Positions 1 to 8,307 of a DNA stretch of 32,000 bases are shown here, one piece after another. The notes under the pieces are model-generated. The model was given only the letters and a program-made list of their open reading frames with translations. It made no database searches and had not been told where the DNA came from. This stretch comes from Xylanibacter ruminicola 23 (GTDB lineage: Bacteria > Bacteroidota > Bacteroidia > Bacteroidales > Bacteroidaceae): positions 3,090,001-3,122,000 of the forward strand of contig NC_014033.1 of assembly GCF_000025925.1 (NCBI RefSeq). The letters run 5' to 3'. Numbering within the stretch: the stretch's first letter is position 1; each line of letters begins with the position of its first letter. The translations under genes were made by a program, and so were the position numbers.

Positions 1-639
1 CTGCCGTTCTGTAATCAGTTGGCATCGTACGATTATATTATCTGCACAAGCATCATGGCCGTCAGGGCACTTTCCTCTGCTGGTGTCGACAGATCGCTTA
101 TTGATGGTAAGGTAGTAGCCATAGGTAAAGATCAGAAAGTCGTGCAGGAGTTTCTGGGTGTTACAGTGGCATTACCACATGCCAAACCCAGTTTGATGGG
201 GATTATCGAGGCTTTGGAAAGCGAACAGGCACTACAGTCGAAGCGTATTGCTGTGCTGTGGCCTAAATATAGCGGACTGCCTGTTCCGCCAACGATCACC
301 AATTTCCAGAATGCCCTAAGCGCAACAGGTGCCGACGTATCATATGTATATTGCTATCGTACCACAGCTATGAGCGATGAGTACTATGCCGAAACAGCCG
401 ATGCCCTACGTAGCGGTAATATAAGCGCTGTAGCCCTCACCAGTGGTGGCGAGGCCTACGTATTATCAAGAATTATGAAATTTGCCGAAACACAGGGCCA
501 GCCTGTTAACGTGCCTATCTACTCGTTTGGTCCTTACACCACACGATGCGCTGAGGAGGCTGGCTTAAACGTAACAGGCACCTCCCCCAATCAATATAGC
601 TTTTCTGACTTTATTGATTATCTCGAAACGGAGATATAA
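1..639 (+). CDS. hemD: uroporphyrinogen-III synthase-like protein (HEM4/HemD family), C-terminal ~210 aa; 5' end outside the window
   Basis: The frame is open from base 1; the ORF-track start at 19 is a TTG inside that open frame. The translation shows HemD-like segments (DYIICTS..AVRAL; ISAVALTSGGEAYVL). Recognised by eye only. Confidence 0.5.
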   Translation: MPFCNQLASYDYIICTSIMAVRALSSAGVDRSLIDGKVVAIGKDQKVVQEFLGVTVALPHAKPSLMGIIEALESEQALQSKRIAVLWPKYSGLPVPPTITNFQNALSATGADVSYVYCYRTTAMSDEYYAETADALRSGNISAVALTSGGEAYVLSRIMKFAETQGQPVNVPIYSFGPYTTRCAEEAGLNVTGTSPNQYSFSDFIDYLETEI

Positions 640-641
640 CC

Positions 642-1451
642 CTATTTGATTTTCGAGGTCATCGCGCTGCGAACACCTTTATAATTATTCAGGTAGGCCT
701 TGGCACTTCCGAACGAAAGGAACATGTCGAGGCGTACTGGTATATGGTTCTGATCGTCGGTGATATAGAAGCGGATAAGCTCGTGACTTTTTCCGTCCTC
801 GCGCTCATAGAACGACATTACCAGGCAACGGAATTTCTCCTTTGAACCATTCATCTTGAAGGTTTCGCGACCACGGAACTCCAACCACGAGTTAGACAGA
901 TTACGTGCATCGCTGATAGGGGTGGGGATAACCTGACCCTTCTTCAGTTTGGTGGCATCGAAGTTGCGGGCACGCAGGAAGATCGACATCATATCGTAAA
1001 TACAGTTACGATAGGTGCTGGTTTTCCAATGCTGTTCGCCATCGGCATCAATACGGTGCTTCTTCAGCTGACAGTTGCCATTAGGATAGGTGTACCATAT
1101 CTCATCTACATAGTATCTGCTACCTTCACGGGCGCCTTTGCGGAAATACATTGGCGAAAGATCGGGATTGCAGTACGACAGCAAGGTATCGCGCATAGTG
1201 AAGTACTTGTCGAGCTTAGAGTTTCCACGTGTAATCAGGTACGATTTCCACGCATCCTTGCCCTCAAACTTGGTCATCTTTGTATCCATCTGGGCCGATC
1301 CAACCTTTACCCAAATAAACTGCCAGTTAAAGTAAAGGTCGTACTCCAGGCTCTCGCCGCTCTTAAAGGCGGTATTGGCAATTCCACACTGGGCATGGGC
1401 CGAGAGGCCTGTGCCAAGCATAATCATCAGCGAAAGAATTATCTTCTTCAT
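642..1451 (-). CDS. DUF3108-like exported protein
   Basis: 269-aa ORF with a signal peptide (MKKIILSLMIMLGTGLSAHAQ). The SGESLEYDLYFNWQFIWVKVG pattern resembles Bacteroidota DUF3108 proteins. Its ATG overlaps the upstream stop as ATGA (1448-1451). Confidence 0.55.
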   Translation of the reverse strand: MKKIILSLMIMLGTGLSAHAQCGIANTAFKSGESLEYDLYFNWQFIWVKVGSAQMDTKMTKFEGKDAWKSYLITRGNSKLDKYFTMRDTLLSYCNPDLSPMYFRKGAREGSRYYVDEIWYTYPNGNCQLKKHRIDADGEQHWKTSTYRNCIYDMMSIFLRARNFDATKLKKGQVIPTPISDARNLSNSWLEFRGRETFKMNGSKEKFRCLVMSFYEREDGKSHELIRFYITDDQNHIPVRLDMFLSFGSAKAYLNNYKGVRSAMTSKIK

Positions 1452-3400
1452 TTCTTGCTATCTACATTTATGCCCTTATCCTTCAGGTATTCTATACCCA
1501 TTTGGCGGGCGCGTTCTACATTTCTGTTCTTTAGTTTCTTGGCAGCCTCTGGTTTCTGTTTGGTAATCTTCTCTGGCTTTTGTTTGTACACGGGTACAGC
1601 CGTTACATTCCAGTTAAGATTCAAATCCCATTTGGCTTTGCCTTCTATCTCTTTGGGATAGTAATAAACAGCCTCTGCCTGTCGGCCTTCGGCATAGTCT
1701 CCTGTATCCCAGATGCCGTTACCATTACTATCGATAAAGGCACTTACGTAATACTTCTCGGGTTTAAGGTATTTAAATTCGGCCACATGGTTATTTACAT
1801 GGGCCAGTTTTACTACTTTATCCGAACCGTTAAGCAACTGAACCACCATGGCAGAATCTTCTATACCCGAGATGTTAAGTTTCAGCGTGCCGTATTCGTC
1901 TTCGCCCTTAACCTTGATGCCTTGTTTATAGGCATTAGATACTTTGCCATAGATATCTACGAAAGCTGCAGAATCTATCTCAAGGCTATACTCTATGCCT
2001 GGTCGCCAATCGGCCAGAATCTGGTAACTTCTGATCTGATGGGGTATAGGCTCCATGCGGCAATCTGATTCGTACCATACAGAGTCGATCATCGAATAGA
2101 GATGAACCGCAGCTGTGTCGCAATGCTGCAAAGGTGTAGGCATTTCAACCTTAATGACCTTATCGGGATCCATCTGTGATGGCACATCGAACTTGGGCTC
2201 CAAGGGTTTCTCGTGCCATACGGAGTCGTAAGGCATATCACGTTTCTTTTTCTTTTCCTGCTCCTTCATCCACTGGTCAATCTCCTTGGCTTTTTCCTTC
2301 TGTCGCTTGGCGTATGGAGTTTTAGCCAGCGATTCGATGGTATCCGTTTGGTTAATGAGCATACCTGTAGAGTCGGAAATCTGATAGTTAATCTCCATAC
2401 GTAGGGTATCCTGATTAATCAGTGTGGTATCGCGCAACCAGTAATGGATGGTGTCTTGTTTCTCGTTTGTCTCGATTACAAAAGCATCGTTACTGTCGAA
2501 ATTTAAACCCTTGATAACTGGCAGGTCGGGATGACCATAGCTGAAGTACATCGAGAACTTATTGGCTTCTACGCGTTCGGTCTTGATAAGGAAACGATCG
2601 GTAAGCACGTGGGTGAATGCCAACAGTGTGATATCATCGGGCAGGAAGTGGGTGTAAGGCACTTTTATCAGCGCATCGATATGCAACGAGTCGCGCCAAA
2701 CGGTGTCGGTTCGCACGTCGGGCTTAGAGCCAGGCTCGAAGGTCTGCTGGTTAAAGGCAATCATCTCACTCTTCTGTGTAAAGCGGAAGTCGCCATCGGC
2801 ATCCTGCAGGGCATAAGCGCGATAAGTGCCAGGAGCCACACCTTTTACTACAAAGTGTCCACGACTGTCGGTACGCGATACACGCAGCATAGGTTTGGTT
2901 TGGAAGGCAGAATCAGCCAGATCATTATACAAGCCTACCATGATGCCCTTGATGGGTTCTAGATTGCTGGCATCGAGCACATAGCCCGATACTTCGAAAG
3001 TATCAATCTTTTCGCCTGTGGAGAAGCTATAGGTATAGCTACCCATAGGGTTATTCTCGTTGTTATCGCTGATGGCATCGCTGAAGTCGATGGTATAAGT
3101 GGTATTCGCCATCAGTGAGTCCTGCAGTTCCACTACAATTTTTTTACCCGCAGCCTTGATGTCGGGTACTTCCAACTGTGGGGGCGACACAATCACCTTG
3201 TTGGTTGCGTCGGTAAGTTTGATATACTCATCAAACAGGATGGTAATCTTCTTGGTGTTCACGTTGGTGGCCTGATCGGCAGGTGTAGCGCTTAGAACCT
3301 TTGGTGGATCGTCGTCGTACCAACCGCCATCGGGCTGTCCCATGCGGGCACAACCAATCATAGCCAAAGCTATACTGCAGATATAGAGGAGTTTCTTCAT
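1448..3400 (-). CDS. Ig-like (Big_5/SbsA-type) domain lipoprotein
   Basis: 650-aa ORF with a lipobox (ALAMIGC). PPKVLSATPADQATNVNTKKITILFDEYIKL is typical of the bacterial Ig-like Big_5 domain. Its ATG overlaps the GH3 stop as ATGA (3397-3400). Confidence 0.6.
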   Translation of the reverse strand: MKKLLYICSIALAMIGCARMGQPDGGWYDDDPPKVLSATPADQATNVNTKKITILFDEYIKLTDATNKVIVSPPQLEVPDIKAAGKKIVVELQDSLMANTTYTIDFSDAISDNNENNPMGSYTYSFSTGEKIDTFEVSGYVLDASNLEPIKGIMVGLYNDLADSAFQTKPMLRVSRTDSRGHFVVKGVAPGTYRAYALQDADGDFRFTQKSEMIAFNQQTFEPGSKPDVRTDTVWRDSLHIDALIKVPYTHFLPDDITLLAFTHVLTDRFLIKTERVEANKFSMYFSYGHPDLPVIKGLNFDSNDAFVIETNEKQDTIHYWLRDTTLINQDTLRMEINYQISDSTGMLINQTDTIESLAKTPYAKRQKEKAKEIDQWMKEQEKKKKRDMPYDSVWHEKPLEPKFDVPSQMDPDKVIKVEMPTPLQHCDTAAVHLYSMIDSVWYESDCRMEPIPHQIRSYQILADWRPGIEYSLEIDSAAFVDIYGKVSNAYKQGIKVKGEDEYGTLKLNISGIEDSAMVVQLLNGSDKVVKLAHVNNHVAEFKYLKPEKYYVSAFIDSNGNGIWDTGDYAEGRQAEAVYYYPKEIEGKAKWDLNLNWNVTAVPVYKQKPEKITKQKPEAAKKLKNRNVERARQMGIEYLKDKGINVDSKK

Positions 3401-4905
3401 GCGTTCAACTTCAATAATTGTTCGATATGTTCGCGAGAGTTGCTAAGGCGAGGCACCTTGTGCTGTCCGCCTAACTTGCCTTTCAGTTTCAGCCAGTCGT
3501 TAAACAGATTCTCGCGTGCCTCGATAATCTCAAGGTGCTGCAGCGTAATATCTTTATAACGTTTAGCTTCGTAATCGCTGTTGATTTCCTGCAGATGCTT
3601 ATCAAGCAGATCGCTGAACTGCTGCAGATTGGCAGGGCGCTTCTTGAATTCGATGAGCCACTGATGGCGGCACTTGGCGTTCTGGTCCATAAACACAGGG
3701 GCAGCGGTATATTCCGAAACCTCGGCACCTGTCTGTTCGCAAGCATAGGCCAGTCCCTTTTCGGCATTATCTACTATCAGCTCCTCGCCAAAGGCATTAA
3801 TAAAATGCTTGGTGCGACCAGAGATGATAAACTTGTACGGATTGGTAGATGTAAACTGGATGGTGTCGCCGATTTCATAACGCCACAAACCACAGCTGGT
3901 TGAGATAACCATAGCGTAGTTTTTACCTGTTTCTACACCCCACAATGGTACGATGGTTGGATTCTCCTTGCCAATTTCGTCCATTGGTATGAACTCGTAG
4001 AACACATCGTAGTCGAGCATTAGCAGCATCGACTTGTCCGATGGATCGTTCTGCAGGCCGAAGAATCCCTCGCTGGCATTATACGTTTCCATATAGTGCA
4101 TGTTGGGCGAGGTAATGAGCTGTTCGTACTGTATGCGATAAGGCGTAAAGGCCACACCACCATGGAAGAACACCTCGATGTTAGGCCATACCTCTTCAAG
4201 ATGTGTTTTGCCTGTTATCTCCATCATGCGGGTTAGTACAGAGAGCATCCACGAGGGTACACCCGAAAGGTTGGTTACGTTTTTGTTCATGGCCTCGCGG
4301 GCAATACGGTCGCGCTTAATCTCAAAGTCAGAAAGCAGAGCTGTCTGTTTCTTCGGCACACGAACCAGATTGGCCAACGGGTTGATATTCTCAATCAGGA
4401 TGGCGCTCAAATCGCCAACCAGAGAGTCTTTCAGATTATAATTAGGTGCATGACTGCCACCAAGAATCAGTCCCTTACCATCGAACATGCGCGATTTAGG
4501 ATTGTTTTGCAGATACATGGCCACAGCATCAAATCCGCCACGATAGTGTATGCGTTTCAGTCCCTCTTTGCTTACAGGGATGAATTTTGATTTATCGTTG
4601 GTAGTGCCCGATGATTTGGCATACCATTTTACACGACCTGGCCACAGCACATCTGTTTCGCCATGACGCATGCGATCTATCGATTCTTTGAGTTCTTCGT
4701 AGGTATTTACGGGGATGTGTTTGGCAAAATCATCGTAACCTTTTATTGATGCAAAGGCATGATTTCGTCCGTATTCCGTATCTTGGGCTTCAGCCACCAG
4801 TCGGCCCAGCACAGCTTCTTGGAGTGCTTTGCCTTGGTTGAAGTGTTTCTCGAGTTCCTTTTGTCTAGGCTCGAATACTTTTCTTACAATCTTTGTTATA
4901 CTCAT
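3397..4905 (-). CDS. GH3 family (auxin-responsive-promoter-like) acyl-acid amido synthetase homologue
   Basis: The length and sequence (SSGTT..KFIP, YNASEGFFG, YEIGD, FINAFGEEL) match the bacterial GH3 family. I moved the start to the ATG at 4905 (MSITKIV) because a TAATTTTG -7 box on this strand (4930-4937) overlaps the ORF-track ATG at 4932. Confidence 0.75.
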   Translation of the reverse strand: MSITKIVRKVFEPRQKELEKHFNQGKALQEAVLGRLVAEAQDTEYGRNHAFASIKGYDDFAKHIPVNTYEELKESIDRMRHGETDVLWPGRVKWYAKSSGTTNDKSKFIPVSKEGLKRIHYRGGFDAVAMYLQNNPKSRMFDGKGLILGGSHAPNYNLKDSLVGDLSAILIENINPLANLVRVPKKQTALLSDFEIKRDRIAREAMNKNVTNLSGVPSWMLSVLTRMMEITGKTHLEEVWPNIEVFFHGGVAFTPYRIQYEQLITSPNMHYMETYNASEGFFGLQNDPSDKSMLLMLDYDVFYEFIPMDEIGKENPTIVPLWGVETGKNYAMVISTSCGLWRYEIGDTIQFTSTNPYKFIISGRTKHFINAFGEELIVDNAEKGLAYACEQTGAEVSEYTAAPVFMDQNAKCRHQWLIEFKKRPANLQQFSDLLDKHLQEINSDYEAKRYKDITLQHLEIIEARENLFNDWLKLKGKLGGQHKVPRLSNSREHIEQLLKLNA

Positions 4906-4929
4906 GTTAATAATTGCGCAATCTGCCTG

Positions 4930-4937
4930 CAAAATTA
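4930..4937 (-). promoter_or_regulatory. candidate Bacteroidota -7 promoter box (TAATTTTG) for the GH3 operon
   Basis: Exact match to TAnnTTTG on the minus strand, about 25 nt upstream of the ATG at 4905. Confidence 0.4.
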
Positions 4938-4978
4938 CGCAATTCCGTTGTAAAGGGGGAATATTTTTCGTTTTTTTA

Positions 4979-6271
4979 TCATTTAAGATGTAATCTTAAT
5001 CCAAACTGGATAGATGGTGCCAGCGGATGCTCTTTGTAATAATGCTGCAAAGAGGTTCCGTCGTTAAAGTAATAACCCAGCGCAGGCTCAAGGTAAAGTC
5101 CGAACTGGCGTGTGATATTATATTCGGCACCAGCAGCGGCATTAAGTGAGAACTGCCAGGGGCGCTGGTCGATATCGCCATCGGATACTTGAGCGTCGAT
5201 ACATTTCTCGAGCAAGGCGGTACCCGCTAGATAAACATTAAGATTACCGGTGCTCCATATGTTCCATGATGCGCCTACGGGAATACCTAAGTATCTGAGT
5301 TTCTGGATGTAATTATTACTGTTGGTAATAGGTGTGATAAACTCCGACTCAAGATAGGTATAGCTGATACCACTATGCAAAGCGATGCGATTGCTAAGTT
5401 GATACTGTAACGAGAGTCCGAATCTAACAGGCAACTTGTGTTTCGAAACTACATCGGGCAGGGTGTACATATTGGTAAACGAAGAAGTTTCGCCGAACTT
5501 GATGTAGTCGGTAACAATAGTACCGCCGTTTTTGTCTAAATCAACATCGCTGTTAACTGCGTAATTCGCATCGCTATTCAGGAATTGTCCACCCATAGTG
5601 TTTCCTAAATTATTACTAGCCATCAACAAACCGTTCGAACCGTTCAGTCCGATGGTCCATTTATCTGTATCGATTGATTTTGAGCGGGTTTCGCTTGGAT
5701 TGATAACATCAGGCAGATAGGTTTGTTTCTTTTCCTGCGACGCAATAATTTGGGTGTCTTCTGATACCTGCTGATGATTGTCAGTAGCATCTGGAGCGTT
5801 TTTGTTTGTAGCCTCTTGTAAGCTATTGTCTGTCACCTCCTGCAGATTTTCGCCTGTAGGTAGTTGCTGTTCGTAAAACTGGGGTTGGGGCTGACACTTC
5901 GTTCCCATAGTTTTTTCTACCTTATGATCATTTGTCGCTTGAGCCAGAAGTATTAGTTCTTCTGCCGGCATTGCTGGCTTGTCTGCTTCGGCTTTAGGTG
6001 CCATCACTTTCTGGCTGTTAGCCGTTAACTGGGGCTCTTTGGTATCAAACTGATAAACGGTAAAGCATCCAACAATCGCCAGGATGGCAGCTGCAGCCAC
6101 CCAATACCAGCGGCGCATAGAAACAGTCTTTGCTGGGGCTGAAACAGGGGCAGACTCAGACTCAGTCTGGAGTTGCATCTCGTTACTGATGCTCTCCCAG
6201 AGTCCGGCTGGTGGAGTCATCTGGTGCCCCTCCAGTTTTTGTTTCATTTGTTTCGTCCAATCCTCTTTCAT
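4979..6271 (-). CDS. anti-sigma-like membrane protein with a C-terminal outer-membrane beta-barrel (porin-like) domain
   Basis: The ATG at 6271 (MKEDWTKQM) forms an ATGA overlap with the sigma-factor stop (6268-6270). The protein has a short N-terminal cytoplasmic segment, one TM helix (WYWVAAAAILAIVGCFTVY), a ~150-aa Q/E/T/N-rich linker, and alternating-hydrophobic beta strands ending in FGLRLHLK. Confidence 0.6.
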   Translation of the reverse strand: MKEDWTKQMKQKLEGHQMTPPAGLWESISNEMQLQTESESAPVSAPAKTVSMRRWYWVAAAAILAIVGCFTVYQFDTKEPQLTANSQKVMAPKAEADKPAMPAEELILLAQATNDHKVEKTMGTKCQPQPQFYEQQLPTGENLQEVTDNSLQEATNKNAPDATDNHQQVSEDTQIIASQEKKQTYLPDVINPSETRSKSIDTDKWTIGLNGSNGLLMASNNLGNTMGGQFLNSDANYAVNSDVDLDKNGGTIVTDYIKFGETSSFTNMYTLPDVVSKHKLPVRFGLSLQYQLSNRIALHSGISYTYLESEFITPITNSNNYIQKLRYLGIPVGASWNIWSTGNLNVYLAGTALLEKCIDAQVSDGDIDQRPWQFSLNAAAGAEYNITRQFGLYLEPALGYYFNDGTSLQHYYKEHPLAPSIQFGLRLHLK

Positions 6272-6816
6272 CCCTTTTCGATTATTAATTCCTTTATTCT
6301 TCGCGCCAGCCATTGTTTGGCGTAATAGAGCTGAGAAGCTGATGTGCCTTCCTTAATGCCAAGTAGCTCGGCTATTTGCCGATGCGAGTAGTCTTCAAAT
6401 ACATACAGATTCAGTACCGTTCTGTATCCATCAGGCAGTTCGCTTATCAGCTGGTGCAGCTGGTCGGCCGAAATCTGTTCTGTTGCAGGGGTGTCGTCTG
6501 CTATATCCGCTTGCTTCTGTTTTATCTCGTCCTGCTCTACAAACAGCAGTTTCTTCTTGGTCCTTAGGAACATCAGCGCCTCGTTTGCTACAACCCTCAT
6601 CAGCCAGCCTTTGAACGCCTCTTCGCCGCGATACTCAAGCGATGGGATGGCGGTGAATATCTTTATAAAACTGTTCTGCAGCACATCCTTCGCATCGTCG
6701 CTATTGGGTATATAGCGGTAGCAGACCGATGATAGCTCACCAATATACATCTGGTAGAGCTCGCTCATCGCCCGTTGGTCTTTATTCCGTATTCGCTCAA
6801 CGAGTTGATTGACCAT
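6268..6816 (-). CDS. ECF-type RNA polymerase sigma-70 factor
   Basis: 182 aa. Region 2 (DAKDVLQNSFIKIF) and region 4 HTH (LPDGYRTVLNLYVFEDYSHRQIAELLGIKEGTSASQLYYAKQWL) are present. Confidence 0.85.
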   Translation of the reverse strand: MVNQLVERIRNKDQRAMSELYQMYIGELSSVCYRYIPNSDDAKDVLQNSFIKIFTAIPSLEYRGEEAFKGWLMRVVANEALMFLRTKKKLLFVEQDEIKQKQADIADDTPATEQISADQLHQLISELPDGYRTVLNLYVFEDYSHRQIAELLGIKEGTSASQLYYAKQWLARRIKELIIEKG

Positions 6817-6845
6817 TTTCTGCTTACGTTCTATGATTAAGAATT

Positions 6846-6853
6846 CAAAAGTA
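6846..6853 (-). promoter_or_regulatory. candidate -7 box (TACTTTTG) for the sigma/anti-sigma operon
   Basis: Exact TAnnTTTG on the minus strand, about 30 nt upstream of the ATG at 6816. Confidence 0.4.
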
Positions 6854-6959
6854 CTGAAATCTTGTATGAGAACAGAAAGTTTTTAGTTTCTTTAACATTT
6901 TTCTATACAAGAATCGCTTAAATACTGCATTATTATAGCGAAATGAACCTAAAATACGT

Positions 6960-8303
6960 ATGAATATGAAGAAAAAGTTTTTTTTATTATCAGCCATTAT
7001 GCTGAGTGGAGTCATCCTTTCGAGCCTCCTTTCATGCAGCTCGTCAGAAGAGATTGAGCAGCTCGAACCCAAGCAAGTTGTAAACATGCTGGGTGAATCA
7101 AAGCCTATACAGCTAACTCAGGAGCAGAGTGTGTTTGTAAACGACAACAACCAGTTTACGCTGAACTTCCTGAAAGCAGTAAACAAGGCTGAACAAAACG
7201 GCCAGAGCTTTATCTATTCGCCATTGAGCATTACCTATGTATTAGGCATGGTGAACGATGCTGCCACAGGACAGACGGAACAGGAGCTGGAACAAGTCAT
7301 GGGTTTCCATCAGGGTGGTATCAAGGCTGTCAACGACTACTGCAAGAAATTGATTGACGGTCTGCCAAAAGTGGATGACAAGGTAACGCTGAACATCGCT
7401 AATGCCCTGTTTGTCAATAAGAACAGGGGCACGCTGCAGCAGCAGTATCAGCAGGACATGAAGCAGTATTATGATGCTCAGGCAGAGAACCTGGACTTCA
7501 AGTTGCCATCAACGCTCAAGACCATCAACGACTGGGCCAGCGATCATACCAATGGCATGATTCCAACCATTCTCGATAAGATAGATGAGAAAGTGGTGAC
7601 CTATCTGCTGAATGCCATCTATTTTAAAGCCGACTGGGCATCTAAGTTCGAGGCAAAGAATACCGAGGAAGAGAAGTTTACTGCGACAAATGGTACCATC
7701 AAGCTGCCATTGATGCACCAGAATGTGCTTATCCAATATCTGAAGAATGAGGATTATAGTGCCATCGAGATACCTTATGGTAATGGTTTATGGAAGATGA
7801 CGGTAATGCTGCCTGAGGAAGGAAAGACCACCGACGACATAATCGAGCGTATAGGACAACTCGGTTTTTTAGAGGGAAATGGATTCTGCGGCACCATGGG
7901 CGACACATACATGGCACACGAAGTTGACCTGAAACTGCCACGCTTTGAAACCAGTTCGGATACAGATAAACTGACATTGAAAGGCGGTCTTGTCGCCCTA
8001 CTGCAACAGCTGGGGATTAATCTGGTATTTAATCAATCCTTATCTGAGGTGCCCAATATGTGCGAAAAAGAGAATATGTATATTAGTATGATGCGCCAGA
8101 AGGCAAAGATTAAGGTGAATGAGGAAGGTTCTGAGGCGGCTGCCGTAACCATTGGTGGGGCAAACTGTACGGCTTTCACCCCTAATCCTCAACCTGTGGA
8201 ATATCCTAAGGCCATATTCCATGCTAATCGCCCCTTTGTGTATACCATCAGCGAGGCCTCATCGGGTGTTATCGTGTTTGTAGGAAAATTTTCTAGGGAG
8301 TAG
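6960..8303 (+). CDS. serpin family protease inhibitor, predicted lipoprotein
   Basis: 447 aa with a lipobox (SSLLSC). Serpin core motifs are present (NAIYFKADWASKFE, LPRFE), as are the inhibitory-type hinge EEGSEAAAVT and the C-terminal NRPFVY. Confidence 0.85.
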   Translation: MNMKKKFFLLSAIMLSGVILSSLLSCSSSEEIEQLEPKQVVNMLGESKPIQLTQEQSVFVNDNNQFTLNFLKAVNKAEQNGQSFIYSPLSITYVLGMVNDAATGQTEQELEQVMGFHQGGIKAVNDYCKKLIDGLPKVDDKVTLNIANALFVNKNRGTLQQQYQQDMKQYYDAQAENLDFKLPSTLKTINDWASDHTNGMIPTILDKIDEKVVTYLLNAIYFKADWASKFEAKNTEEEKFTATNGTIKLPLMHQNVLIQYLKNEDYSAIEIPYGNGLWKMTVMLPEEGKTTDDIIERIGQLGFLEGNGFCGTMGDTYMAHEVDLKLPRFETSSDTDKLTLKGGLVALLQQLGINLVFNQSLSEVPNMCEKENMYISMMRQKAKIKVNEEGSEAAAVTIGGANCTAFTPNPQPVEYPKAIFHANRPFVYTISEASSGVIVFVGKFSRE

Positions 8304-8307
8304 AACT

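Noticed and set aside
1029-1661. 210-aa plus-strand ORF, and similar calls at 1580-2068, 2531-2962, 20698-21291, 24475-25218 and 26703-27185
   Set aside because: All lie antisense to long ORFs with clear family signatures, and none has recognisable motifs. I treat them as frame shadows.
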